Under the pieces are notes generated by a model, which worked only from the letters and a program-made list of their open reading frames with translations, made no database searches and had not been told where the DNA came from. The position numbers and the translations under genes are program-made. DNA of 64,000 nt from Podarcis bocagei (taxonomy: Eukaryota): assembly GCA_964188305.1 (NCBI GenBank), contig OZ076886.1; one strand, 5' to 3'. Shown one piece after another: positions 38,501 to 51,960 of the stretch (positions within the stretch are counted from its first letter, which is position 1; every line of letters starts with the position of its first letter).

Positions 38501-41072
38501 TCTAAGGGGAGAAAAGTGAGTCAATATTGTAATCTCAGAGGAGAATAGAATCCTAATGGTTATTTTAATAGCTTAATTGTTGGCTATAAATCCCTTCCAT
38601 TTTATGACTATAAACATGTTCTGCCAATATCTTTCCCCCCTCCACTTTAAATTCAGGAATAAGACTTCAAGTTGGCAAACCTGCCACCTGTGCAATTCCT
38701 ATCCCCCAATCCTACTTCCTAGTCACAGCGAGCAGTCAAAAATACACATTCCCAGCATTAAAATGAACCCAGACTTTGAAATTAGAACTACGTACTTCTG
38801 CTGATTACTGATCAATTATCTGAGACTTTCAGGGTGCAGTCCGATCCACCAGCAGAGGTATATTGTGAAGTTGCAGAAGCCTAATTATGCTGGTGGAACT
38901 CGAAATATGCTACTGTCCTGACAGATCTGCCAGTAGAACTCCTCTGACATACCTGTAGAATACTCTGCTTGCAGAGCTATGTCACCAGTGAAAGTATGTT
39001 GATGAAATTGGGGTGAGCTGTGGATGGGACAGCGTAAGGTCACACTTATGCAAAATCTTCTATGCACCCAGAACATGGCTGCAAAGCTTTAGACAAGCTG
39101 CCAACCTGGTGTAAGGAATTTACCTCCCAAAACAAAGTAGCCACCTCCGGTCACCTTCCATCCTACCAATATTGCTGTGGCAGAGCATAGGATATGGCAT
39201 AACAACTCCCATTCACAGCACACTACCACCAATATAAAACCTCATATAGGGAGACTATAAGACACATGACATGGGGCCCTTTTCTCTGACTTCATTTCAC
39301 ATGTACTTGGATCTCACAGAGTGGTATTCTGATGATGGGAAACTATGGAAGAAGGATTACTTGGCCCATCTAACAATGGAGGCTTTGACATGAATCTCTT
39401 AACAATTAGGACATACAGAGGTGTATGTTGTGTAGCATTGTATCAACAACACTATCATTCCCTGCCCTGCTTTATTTTGGCCTAAGGTAATGGGACCTAA
39501 CTGCCAAGAGTTAATTATCTGTATTAAAACTGCCCAGTTTATGAAGTCTGATTTCTGAACAGCTTAAATCAATAATTTTAAACAGGTCACTGATTATATG
39601 TCAGAATGCAATAGCTGTGCTTTGGATTTTTAGAGAGAGGGGGAGAAAATGTGCAGACTAGCTTTAGAAGCCCTGGAGAGGAAACGTGGCATTCACAATA
39701 ACAGCAAACTGATTAGCAGCTTGAAAGTAAGGCAATTACAAATATGAGAGAGAACTTGACATCATTAGAATTCCAAGAGCACAAATACATTAGCATCCCA
39801 GGAAATACAAGACAATAAAAACCAGCAATGCAATGCAGGAGCATAAGGCTTACTTATATAAAATGGTCACATTTCAGTAAAGAATGAAACCGAGCCCTCC
39901 TGAACTCACCCCAACACACATCACCATTACACATGCACATTCAATCACCACATAATACAGCCGGGAAGCTTGTGATTATGTACCGGTTAGAAAATGGGCG
40001 AGTCCTTTTACAAATACCTTCTTTGCATGAACGAGATAATTATGCATTAAGAATTGCACATTCAAATCATTGTATGTCCACAGAGGAAAGTAATTCCTGT
40101 GCCAATCAACAGTGAAAAACAAAAAACCCAAATTTAAATCCTGGAAACACAAGGCTTAAGGAGGGATTTAGGTAGCCTACAGACATTCTGTTGAACATCT
40201 AATCCAAACAGAGATGTATTTCATTGGTATTCCAGTAGTGGCAAACCTGAAACTTGCATGAGTGGATTGTCCTTAAGTTGCATCCAGAAACACACAGGAG
40301 ATAAATTCCAGGGCAGAACAACAGCACAATCCGGCTGTTTTTGTAGAAATGATTGGATCTCAAGGATACTTTTAGCACTTCATCAGACACATATTGGTCA
40401 GCAACTACTGTGATGTACATCACATAATACAGCAATAAATATGGAAGAGAATACTATTTGTCTGTAATGTGCCAGTGAAATGTCAGGGATTTTTAAAATT
40501 TGTAATGGAACTGGTTGGTTACTGCACAGTAATTTACAAAACTGCATGCTTTATAATGCTGGTCACCAGCCTGGGAAGCTGTCCTCTTATATATGCCAGA
40601 GTGCCAGCAGTGCTTGTTTGCAGTAGACACCATGCAGTGTAAAGATGATCAATAGCATCTGCTAAAATTTTAATGAGGCAAGACCCAGGGAAGGTTAATT
40701 GTCCCACATGTTCTCCTTGCTAGTAACAGAGTCTTAATGAAAAACTATTTCAAGCAGCTTTTTTTTCCTTTTCTTATTTAAGGGTTTTCAGGACACCAGT
40801 GCAGAATGGTATTCTTCTGCCGTGCTGTTGGGTGCAGCAGAAATGTTAAGTTCTAAGGGAGAAATGTGGCCGTCACATTGTTAGAAATCTAGTGTGGTAC
40901 CATCAGTTTATAATATGCACTTAAACTACTTTCCAGTTGAATGGTTGCAGATTCTTTGCTTTTTACTCAACTGGCAGAAACTGATATGTACAACCCCAGC
41001 AGGACTGCTAATGTGCCTTATTATCATCTCCGTATGAGATCTGGAAAGAATCTGCTGCACAACCCTGTATAG

Positions 41073-41525
41073 AAGGGGTTCTCAATATGGTGGTTTCCCC
41101 CTTGAAAGGAACATGGATATGTATGTTCATTAAGCAAGTAATGCCTTCCTGACCTCCAGCCAAGACCTGGGTGCATTATATATCCCTGACAGAGGACTGT
41201 GACAGCACCCCCACTTTCCTAACATCCTAATATGATTTGAAAAGAAGGGAGCTAGAGAGAGTAGTCACTTTGTGGTTAACGGTATTTTCCTGACTATAGT
41301 TTATGGATAGGATTAGAGATATGTTCTATTCCTCTTATAGTGCCAGTGTTCAGATTAGTATCCCACAGATCAACACAAGCAGCAGCAACAGGCCTTATAA
41401 ATGAGGTTATAACTAAGGATCTTGGCATGTTCATCTGTACAACAGATGACAGCACAAAGATAAAAGGGTCGGAAGCCAGAGTCAGGCATTAAGGATGGAG
41501 GATGATCTAAAAGTTTGAGAAACTG
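41073..41525. mobile_element. Old hAT-Charlie-like element
   Basis: Ends AGGGGTTCTCAA / TTGAGAAACTG. Flanks CTGTATAG vs CTGTAGAG (7/8 TSD). Confidence 0.55.
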
Positions 41526-44102
41526 CTGTAGAGTCTCTGGAAATTCTAGATGCTATGATAAACTTCTAAACTACCCACATGTAGAATCTCTATGTGCTCC
41601 AGCCAATCAGAATTTATTAAATACCTTTCCTAAAGTACTTGTGGCTTCCATGAATCTGTGATTTACCAAAACTGATCTGACTAGAAATGGTTCGTGAATA
41701 TACTCTGCTGCTCTATATTCCTTTGGAATCCAGGCATATGTTACCGTTATAGACAGGTTATTATTCGGCTATATGAATTTATAGAGTAATGGCCGGCCAG
41801 ATATTCCTTCACCATTTTACTTTCCTCAAGGCAGGTGAGTTTTGGTCTGCTAGGTTAATGATTCCATCATTTGGTAACATTGTTTTCTTGAGTGATAGAT
41901 TTCATCAACGCTTTACCAGTATTTCCTTGCCAACATATGGTACTGCATCACAGCACTGACTCTTTTATTTCTGTATACTGCACATGAGAGCAAGACAGCT
42001 CTGACACCTTTTCCTTTAGCACATTTGATGGGTGTACTCTTTGCTGTGGGAGATTTTTTTGCACTCACAATGAAACAAAAATTGCATTTAACAGCAGTCT
42101 TTCCAGGGGTAGCGTTACACTATTGTTTACGGTGACCTTTTATTTTCAGATGAGGAAGCAAGCTAAAATATCTCTTGCACACAAGCACACAAAAAAGGGA
42201 AAAGGAAAAAGAACAGAAATGTAGCAAGAAAAATGAAAATACAGCAGATGATGCTGTTGAAATTCTAAAGCCATGTTTGGCACAATTGTTTCATCATAAA
42301 CTGGCAACTTTGACAAAATGTATTTAAAGATATTACAAGTGAAAGAATCACAAAACATAACAAATATGCATGGTTTTTTGCAGTGCATTATTTTTTTTTA
42401 CTTTCACAACACTATTCCAATACAGATGAGAGATCATAGAAAGGTTACTGCAAAAAATGAGATCTTTACAGAACATGCGAAGCACCAGTCTTCATGAGAA
42501 AGTAATTTATATTGGGGAAAGGCACAACAGTAAATTAGACACTCTCTTCCAAAGCACCACTTTCTCAGTTTTCAAAGCATTCCCACTGGGCTGCTAATGA
42601 GTAAAAGAAGTATCACAAAAGATCCTAATTCCATGTTGCAACTACTTTGACCCTTTGTAATAATATGAATTCAGTGAGACTACGGTATAGTTGAAAGAAT
42701 GGAACTTCATTGTTTAATCTGGGGTCACCAACCTAGCGCCCACAGTCACTACGATAACTGTGAAGGCCTTCACTGGTGCTCCTGGGCAGAGCATCTAGAT
42801 GTTAAGATTTATTTGCTTTCTTTAGTGTTTTTAAGGTTCTAGCCCTCCTGGAAAAGGAAGTTGTGAAGCAAAATGTGCAGGTAGCCTTGTAAGCAATTTC
42901 TATGAAATAAGCCAGGCTGGCTGCTCCTGTCAGTAGCTGTTTTAAACCAATAGGTGAAGCTATGTTGTTGAGAAACCAAGCATTATGGATATTGATACTT
43001 ATAAAACAAAGCAATTTTATAGAGTGAATATAATATTTCTTTTACCTTGATCAAAAGGCTTGTTTGGATTCCAGTTTCTGAAATAATCATCCTAAAGGGA
43101 AGAAAATAGGAGTGAAAACAGTTAAACTGTTAAAATGAAACGTAGGTATTCTTTTGGGCAAGTCTTTTATTTATTTCTTTGTTAAACAAACATGCAAACT
43201 CTTTTTCTGTAATCCATTTACTGTTTGGCCTCAAGATAAAACAAAGTTTAAAAATTTAAAATGTTGCTTTCAAACATATACACACAAAATATAACACAGA
43301 AAATGAAGATATATTTCAAAATACTGTGCTATCTTAGTGGCTCCAGGGTTGTGTATATATCCAGGGAATTTCAAAGAAGCCTAACCAGTGAAGGGAAAAC
43401 TCCTCTCGGCTTCATTTGGAATTGGGCTCATCTAGCCCAACCAATTTTCTTTTAAACTCAGCAGAGAGCTTGGTTATTTTTGAGTGCAATCCCAAACTTT
43501 TTCAGGATATCATTGCACACCCAATGACATAATGTGGAGAATGACATGGTTGAAATCCTTCCCCATAACCAGTTCACTTTTCTCCCTTACTCCATTCCAA
43601 AATTTATACCTGGAATGGATTGGGAAAGGAAGAGGGTTAACTTGGGTTATATCTGAGTTAGAGGAAAACTCTGGAAGTAATAATGCTTCATATTACAGTT
43701 GGGCTTTTTAATTTGCTGATATTCATATTCAAAGCAAAGGCATTATGAACTGCAGTGACTAAATCTGATAGCAAAGGTTCTTTTACCCATTACACACGTT
43801 AGTGGTAAGTGACCTTTCCTCTGTCTCTGGCATGTATACCTGTAAAAATCAGCACTAGCAACATATTTACAAATGAAGTCTGTGAAACTGGCCTTTGTGG
43901 TAAGGCATCTGTTTAAGAGCTATGCATAAGGAACTGTAATATTGTGCAAGTAGTGAGCACAAGACAAGCAGAGGCAGAGGTTGCTTCCTTTCTCAACAGG
44001 GCCACACACTGGCTGCTATTAGCTAAGTCTCCTCTTCCTCCTCAAGATGCACAATCAGGATTCCAATTCACAATACCAGATTTTGTAAGCATGGCAAATG
44101 GC

Positions 44103-44264
44103 CAGTGGCGTAGCGTGGGTTGTCAGCACCCGGGGCAAGGCAAGTAATTTGCGCCCCCTAACCCGTGAGCCAGGTAGGGGCAGAGAGCTGCGAGTACGAG
44201 CGCCCCCCCAGATGTTGCGGCCGGTGCGGCCGGCCCCCCCTGCACCCCCCACGCTACGCCACTG
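44103..44264. mobile_element. Young hAT MITE (162 bp)
   Basis: Perfect 17-bp TIRs CAGTGGCGTAGCGTGGG / CCCACGCTACGCCACTG. Perfect 8-bp TSD CAAATGGC (44095-44102, 44265-44272). Confidence 0.95.
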
Positions 44265-44639
44265 CAAATGGCTCTTCCTGGGTGTGCATATCCTGCATGG
44301 GAGAGAATTGACTGGGTGTAGGCCTCATATTTCTGTGCTAGAGATGATAAAAATACTACAGGTTTGTTGTTGTTTTTTTACTAGGTATTCCTCTCCTATA
44401 AAGCACTCTGGGATAATAAAGAAGTCATGAAGGGTGGCATGCAAATGACATTTAAAAAACCCAATATTTTCAACTACTTAACAAGCAAAGGATTTAGTGA
44501 GCTGTCTTTAATTTAACAGTTTAACTAGTCAACGTTAGTACATTACCCTTCCCCTACATTTATCTACATTTTTAAAAATGAATTAAAGTTGCCTTGCTAT
44601 TGTCTAGTCATACTGCACGTGGTAATTTTAGTGATCTTG

Positions 44640-44750
44640 GATTATATCCAATACACTCTGGGGTAGACCCATTGAAATCAATGGATTTAAGTTATAAAAC
44701 CTATTGATTTCAGTGAGTCTACTCTGAGTATCACTAATATTGGACATCAT
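44640..44750. mobile_element. Short palindromic MITE-like repeat
   Basis: GTAGACCCATTGAAATCAAT pairs with ATTGATTTCAGTGAGTCTAC. Outer TCCAATA / TATTGGA. Confidence 0.6.
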
Positions 44751-44839
44751 TTTGTTCAAATAAAAAACAAATTATTATCTCTTAATGAAGCAAAATGATT
44801 GCTACTTGTCCCTTTTGCAACCTTCAGTCAATTGATTCT

Positions 44840-46790
44840 GAGAGCTTCTCTTCATCTCTCTCTCCATTTCAGTCCCCTGCTGCTGTGGACATTGTATAAC
44901 TTCTTCACTTGCTCCTTTCACCCTTTCCTCCAGAAGTTTTTGGTGAAAGCATTTTAAAACAGATTTTAAAAATCCATTCCCTTTACCCCCATCTACATTC
45001 CTCCTCCTCCTCTCCTGTATTGGCTGAGGTTTCCTTATTTGCTTCTTTTTCTGTGATTATTCACTCATATTTGTCTTTCATGATTCTCTCTTTCCACTCT
45101 ACTACTCATGCCCCTCACTCAATTTTCTCTTGCTTCCTGACATCCATTGCCCTAGCATTCCTTTTTATTGCATATTTGCAATTTTTCTCTATATGTTCTC
45201 TTTTTCATTCCTGTAAGTCTACCCTTGTTACACACAAAAAAAGTGTTTGATTCTCATTCCCCACTCTCTCTCATTGTTCCTCTCTCTCTTGAGGATACTG
45301 CTCTTTTCCAATGTCTTACTTTCCCTCCTCCAAATGTTGTCACTTTTTAAAAAAAAAAACCGCTCAGCCGATCTTCTCTTCCTCCAACCCTCTTAGAGAA
45401 AAAAAGCTTAAGGGTCAAAAAATAGCAAGTAACAGCTACATGAATGCAACACTGCCCACTTGCTTCCAGCTCAGAAAAGGTTTGCTCCTCACAGTTCACT
45501 TGGCCAAATGTTTTGATTACAGCCCTTGTTTGACAGTACAGAGATAATTCTAGAAAGTATAGTCTTTCCATAGGTCATTTTTAAATTGGTTTTAGTTCTT
45601 TTCACTCTCTCACTTCTATTTCTAGTAATCTTATTGCAGCAATATCTCTTCTCTGTATTCCTTCTTCTGGTTCTTTAGCCTCTAGTCCAGCTGACTGACC
45701 CACTTCCATTGCTTGCTTGAGTATTGGAGTTAAGCAGTAACTTTCTTGTCATTACTTCAGAGTTTCTAACAATGGTTCTGCTTAACCACCTCTTATCCTT
45801 TCTGAAAGAACTGAGTACTGGGCCCTTTTCTTTTCATCCCTGACATTCTCCCTTTTAGCTCTTTTATCTGCTTATTTCCTCTCACATACCACATTTATAT
45901 TGAGTTGCAACTATACTCACCTACACCCAAGCCATTTCTTCTTTTCATGTTCCAACCCCCTGCGGTTTTCTGATACCCTTGTATTCATATGAATCATATC
46001 CATTTTCTCAAACTTAATTTGGGTCAAAATTGAGCTTCTGATTTTTCCTCTTATGCAGAACTTTCTCTTGCGCGTGTTCATATTGTTTTTTCTCCTCAAG
46101 CTTAAAATCTAGGCATTCTCATTTCCTCCATATGTCCATGGTCTTTCAAAGTCTTAACATTTAAGGCAAACCATTCACTACCAAAAGAAGTAGACTGCAC
46201 TTATTCATGGTCATTATTATTTCCTCCATTTTCTGCACAGATAAATTCTAGCATTCTTCTTGTTGGTATTGCTGTTTCTGCTCTCAAAATTCTATAGTCT
46301 GTATTCAACTCTGCCTCCTGCCTGATATATTCTACTTGCCTTTCAGCTCATGCAATTCCCAACCCCACTCTGGTTATACTGCTCCTGTCACTTGGTTCCT
46401 CTTCCTTCTCATCAGTGCTTTAAGCTACTTGTATTTAAATAATTTTGCATTATCTTTTCGCCTCTCTATCATCTCTTATTTCTATACACACTTCTTCCTA
46501 AAACCTTCACTCTAAAGGTACCAATTTCCTAGTTAAACCTAAGTACACTTTTTCTATTCCCCACCTACTTCCATTTCTCGTTCCCTGGAGTGCTCTTCCA
46601 TTTAACAGCTGACTCTCTTTTACAATGAAGTAAAAACTCCTTTACATTCTTGCTTCTCCCAACTGCTGCTCTTCAACCCCTTTTTACCGTTCTTCCATTT
46701 CCTCCCTAATATCATCGTGCCTTTTTGTTAGATTGCAAGCCTACAGACAAAGCTTGCTTAATTTGTGCGCAACTTGCTAATTTATATGGC
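44840..46790 (+). mobile_element. Ancient L2 LINE remnant
   Basis: Long C/T-rich tract with residual motifs VLGPFLF (45815-45835), LKLN..K.ELLIFP (~46007-46049, frameshifted) and NLGI. L2 terminus TTAGATTGCAAGC at ~46728. Confidence 0.7.
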
Positions 46791-48676
46791 ATTAGGCATA
46801 TTTTGAAGGTGATACTAATGGGGTTTTCCCCCTTCCATAAGATCTACATACCTCCTGATTGTAATAAAACCTCAAAGCGGTTTACAAAAGGGCAGAGCGG
46901 TATATAAAAAGTGTGAGCTGGAGTGGGAAATTGATCAAATGCAGATCTAATCACACGATGCAGGAAATGACAGCTAGTTAAGAATAAGAAGATATTTTCA
47001 ATGTACATATTCTAAACTAGCATCATTTTATTTTAGCAGCTTCTGCATCCCAGGGCTTCTTCTAATGCAGTGGATTCACTACTACGAAGTTTTACTGCTC
47101 AAATGAACAAATGACTTGCAGAAGCATATTTCACTCTCACAAAAAGTATTATTAGACCTGACCCCCGCTTTAAGCTTAATTGCTTTTAATTTATTCCTAT
47201 ACAAAATACAATGCTTTAGTATTTCTTAAGTGTCTTTTCTTCCCCAAGCTATTCATTACTTACATTATCTAAATTGAGAGGAACATATTCATTTAACCCA
47301 CTGCACTGTAGGGGAAGGCAGCACAATGATTCCATCTAGTGTGATGAGAATGCTATCCCCAGTTCTGCTCTGGAAAGTTGGGGGAACTCCAACAACAGAT
47401 TTAGGGAGCACACAGGGGGAGGAGGGGCACTGATGGAACCTTAGTTTTAATGCTATGTTCAATACAACTCAAAGTCTCTTAGGAATAAAAGCATGTTTGT
47501 GTACGGGGGAAAATACATAGATAAGGGAACTGTGGGGGTTTTTGTTTTTAGAGAAACCTTCTCTGATATATAAACTTTTAGCATGTAGAAAACGACATGC
47601 TTTCTTGTACACTGACGTGGTGATACTATGTTAATGGGAGACACTTTATAAATATTTTAAATAAATAAATAAAGATTAACAACAGCATTTATTGTGCTAT
47701 TACTGCTTTATTAACTGAGCACTGGAAAAGTTCGAGGAGTGCTCACTTAGTGAAGTTTGTGTGATTAAATGCCTGTACCAGTTTGATCTTCCCTCCCTAC
47801 TGGATCAGTTTGCCTAGAGCCATTTTGTACCCAGATGTTAAACCAGGGATGACAATACAGAAGTTTAATGGGCAGCATTCAGCTACATTTTGCTCATTTC
47901 TGTGGGTCTACTCTGAGGAAAGCTTAGTTGAATACCACCTGATATAGTTTCCAAACAGAACGAACTCTTGCTCAATACTTTCCAGTCTATTTCATAGACC
48001 AGAGACCAGAAAATGAACAAGTTTTGGAACAAAGAGGCTAAACCATTATTTAAAATGTTGACTGTGTATAAAATGCCATGCAGTACCTTTTAGGTATTCA
48101 ATTGTTAACAAGAAGAAGCAAACATACCTCAACTTCCTGATGACGTAAGCATAATAAATGAGGAAACATAAAAGAATGAATTTAAATATTGGGAAAGAAT
48201 GCAAACATTTTTCAGCCCCCCCCCCAACAATTCAAAGATACATTTGATGCAAGACAAAATTTAAAATCAGAATATCCATTTATACTTTCTAAATTCCATT
48301 GCAAGTCATCTAGCTATTTCCATTACCTAAATAAATATACAGTTCTGTAGGCAATAAAATACTATTTATAAAAAAAAACCTGTAATAAAATGTCATGCTT
48401 GACAAGTATAGGAAAACTAAACAGAAATGAGCTTATCTTTCATGAGCTCTTAATGTTATGTTGAATGATTTTGCCATAGTTGTGGATAAACCTAGACCTG
48501 AATTTTTAAAGTCCTATGTTTTGTGAAGTTAGAAAGGGTAGGGGGAGGGAGAAAACCCCCCAATGCTAATTACAATTAGAACTATACTCCCTAAAAGTAA
48601 TTGATCAGTAGTGGCCTCAGTAGGGTCTTTGCCCATCTGAGCATTTGGAATCTTAATTCACTAGTATGAGTGGCTA

Positions 48677-49032
48677 GTAAAGGTAATGGGACTCCTGACC
48701 ATTAAGTCCAGTCGCGGACGTCTCTGGGGTTGTGGCGCTCATCTCACTTTACTGGCCGAGGGAACTGGCGTTTGTCCATAGACAGCTTCCAGGTCATGTG
48801 GCCAGCATGACAAAGCCGCTTCTGGCGAACCAGAGCAGCACACGGAAATGCTGTTTACCTTCCCGCCAGAGGGGTACCTATTTATCTATTTGCACTTTGA
48901 CATGTTTTCGAACTGCTAGGTTGGCAGGACCTGGGACCGAGCAACAGGAGCTCACCCCGTTGCGGGGATTCAAACCGCTGACCTTCTGATTGTCAAGCCC
49001 TACGCTCTGTGGTTTAGACCACAGCACCACCT
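48677..49032 (-). mobile_element. Sauria SINE (near full length)
   Basis: Recognisable body (GGTCATGTGGCCAGCATGAC, TTTACCTTCCCGCC, CGAACTGCTAGGTTGGCAG). tRNA-like head at the right end; ACCTTT-type tail at the left. Confidence 0.93.
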
Positions 49033-50077
49033 TTACCTTTCTTTCTTTACCTTTACATCAACAGTACATATTATTTAGACATGTAACATTTATGTAATGA
49101 AACCAGCAAGGTGAGAGGATTATAAACCATTGGGAATAAGAAATAAATTGTAATATATTGAAACATACCAATTTTAAATGTTTAAAATTTTCTTTAAAAC
49201 ATTTGCAATGCAGTACCAAGCTTTAATTTAAACAATATTAGTAGTTGTATGCTATCTACTAAGTATATCAATAGTTATAAATCAGATATATGAAGAATAT
49301 GTTAATCTTAGTGGTGTGCAGGGATCCAGATGAATCCCAAGCAGAATGCTTTGGAGGGATAATAATGTTGTTCAAGGTGAAACAGGATCTGTCCAACATG
49401 CCCTTAACCAAAGCAATGTCCCCTGAAGCATTTTGTAGTGCACTGGGGATGTGGGTGTCAAAGACACAATTACAGCGCATCTGCTAAAAAGTCAAACTAT
49501 GTATTTAAGCTTACTATAGGGGGGAAATGTGAAAGGGAGGGTTCCAAACCAGATTACAAATCTATTTTGTAATCTGAGGGAATAATTTTAGCAGTGCTCT
49601 TCCATCACAGTGCTTTGGGATGAAGAGGTGCTTATGAAATAAAGAGCTTTGCTCTTCAGTGTTTCTTTCTCTTTTGAAAGTCCTGTCTCTAAGGAGCAGG
49701 ATGCAAGAAGAGTTCTGGTGGGATTCTCTGGAAGTTTCTTTTGTGTTCCTCATTCCAATCAATACACCCAAACTCTTGTTGCCTACCTTTCCCAAGCTCT
49801 TCTTTTCTTATTTATTCTACTTTGACTTACTTTTACTGCAGTTGGCTTTTTGAGTCCAAGTGTATTATGGCAGCAGTACTCATTCTTGCTCAGTCATAGT
49901 ATGGGATAGGAGAATCTGTCCATTTTTGTTTCTTTCGCTTTCTCATTTTTCGAATCTTAAGTTCCGTTCTCCACTTTTGCACATCAAGTAGTGAATGTTT
50001 TCTTTCAAAAGTTCTCAGCAGCTTTGGGTGCTGGGAAGAATTGCTCTATTTGCAAATCCTTGTTTTGCTGATTTCAT

Positions 50078-50281
50078 TTAATATTTTAATTTTCTGAGAT
50101 TGTTAATTTGAGGTTGTCATCAGCTGTACGCCATGATCATCACAATTATAACAAATAAAGGCTTGACATATCTCGCTTTGCATGTCACGAGTCTATCTCA
50201 TATATTAGTTTCACCTTTTAAATTGAATTACTGAAATAAATGAACTTTTCCATGATATTCTAATTTTTTGAGTTTCACCTG
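50078..50281 (-). mobile_element. Solitary long Tc1 terminal inverted repeat (IR/DR type)
   Basis: Terminus TA|CAGGTGAAACTCAAAAAATTAGAATATC on the minus strand. Direct repeats at both ends of the ~200-bp arm (50081-50098 vs 50255-50272). Confidence 0.8.
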
Positions 50282-51055
50282 TATTTCACACACTTGTCTT
50301 CAGAACATTATACTTGCTAATGTAAGACACCAGAGTGAAAGCTTTGAAGGTGGGCGTGGGTAGGAGCATTAATAATGTTCAATATACACATACCAAGTGG
50401 CATAGCACCATCAGCATTTATTAAAATAATGTTTGTTCCACTCTTCATCTTAAAAAGGCCCCTGGAACAGCTTATAGATTGCTTAAAAAGATTTCAGCCC
50501 ATATTTTGTCCCTTACCATGTGAAGGGTGAAATTAGCTTTAACTTCTCCTGCAACTATCCTAGACATAGAGATCACAACAGAAGTAAAGTCAAATCAAAT
50601 CACAAAAAATTACTTGCTCAGATTAACTTTGATGAGTTCCAAATTTATGCAACTCCACCCAGAATCTCATTCTTGTTTTTTAACTTCTGCTTTATAAACC
50701 TGATAATTAAACTCCTTGAAGCAAGTAAACTCTTTATTACACAGGAACACATTTCACAGACGTTTTGCAAACTTGTCAAAAAAAGGAAGCTTACATAAAA
50801 TGCTTAGGTTATGAATAGCAAAAACATTAGCTAAATAGGACTATAAATGTTGGATAAATTGCAGTTATCCATTGTACACTAATCTAGCAGCAATAAGATG
50901 AATAAAAGAGCTCTAGAGCGAGTGTACTACTCTTGATACATTCTCATATTTGGGGACTGAAATGCTAATCTTAATTTTGCATTAAGTAAATGGCAAGAAA
51001 TGGCCTTTTGTGCATCAGTGTCCTGGAACAGCAGACCAAGGCCAGGTGACCATTA

Positions 51056-51367
51056 CAGTGGTGCCTCGCAAGATGAAAAGAATCCGTTCTGTGATTCTCT
51101 TCGTCTAGCGGTTTTTTCGTCTTGCGAAGCAAGCCCATTGACGGATTAGCGGATTAGCGCTATTAGCGGCTTTTAGCGGCTTATCGGATCAGCTGATAAG
51201 CGGCTTAGCGACTTAGAAAAAGGGGGGGGGAAGGGAAAGAACCCGCAGGAACTCGCAAGACATTTTCGTCTTGCGAAGCAAGCCCATAGGAGATTCGTTT
51301 TGCGAAGCACCTCCAAAACGGAAAACTCTTTCGTCTAGTGAGTTTTCCGTCTTGCGGGGCACCACTG
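51056..51367. mobile_element. Tc1/mariner (Tigger-like) MITE, family B
   Basis: TIRs CAGTGGTGCCTCGCAAGA / TCTTGCGGGGCACCACTG, TA on both sides, internal TTAGCGG repeats. Confidence 0.92.
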
Positions 51368-51374
51368 TACTTTC

Positions 51375-51960
51375 CAGGTAGATCAATAATATCATAGGAG
51401 CTGAAGCAGTGATAGCAGCTGAGGCAATCAGCCAATCAGGAGAGTGACTGTGGAATTTAAATGAGCTGCTGACAGTTTAACAGGCAGATAGGGACTTTCT
51501 GTCTGAGCGGTCTTCTTAGCGCGTATCTGTCAGGAGGGACAGATAGTGAATTGGCTCTCAAAGATAGGGATTTGACTCTCAGTGGGAGAGGGACTAACAG
51601 TGTGGACAGTTGGGATCAGAACTGGGAGCAGTTAGCTAGGCAGGGCAACCCAGTTTTCATTCCCCAAGGGCAAGTTAAATTCAAGAAAAGGATGAGTGGG
51701 TGTTGCTGGTTAGAACACTGATAGACTTTGGGGGGGTGTTGTCTACCTTTGACTTGGTTTGTAAAAGACTGCTGTTTAAAAGTTCCTATGTAAAGAGTTT
51801 GTATTTTAAACTAAGTTTTGTACCACACTTTTGAAACCAGAAAATGTTAAGCATTCATTGACTGTAATTAAATAAAAAAATAGTTTTGTTCCATAAATGC
51901 CTCCTCGTGCTTTGAACGTCCGAGCTGAGAGTGAGTTGTCACTGGGTAGCCTTCACGGAA
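51375..51960 (+). mobile_element. Old LTR-like remnant
   Basis: CCAAT box, TTTAAA TATA-like motif and downstream AATAAA. Shares blocks with 17900-18260. Confidence 0.5.

Noticed and set aside
38948-39015. Minus-strand SPQFHQHTFTGDIALQ with a CAG|GTATGT donor, vaguely cadherin-like
   Set aside because: It lacks the cadherin DxNDN and conserved Glu motifs, and is too short to distinguish from chance.
51140-51215. TTAGCGG repeats resembling telomeric or CRISPR-like repeats
   Set aside because: Internal subrepeats of a Tc1/mariner MITE. They are not TTAGGG and have no repeat-spacer structure.
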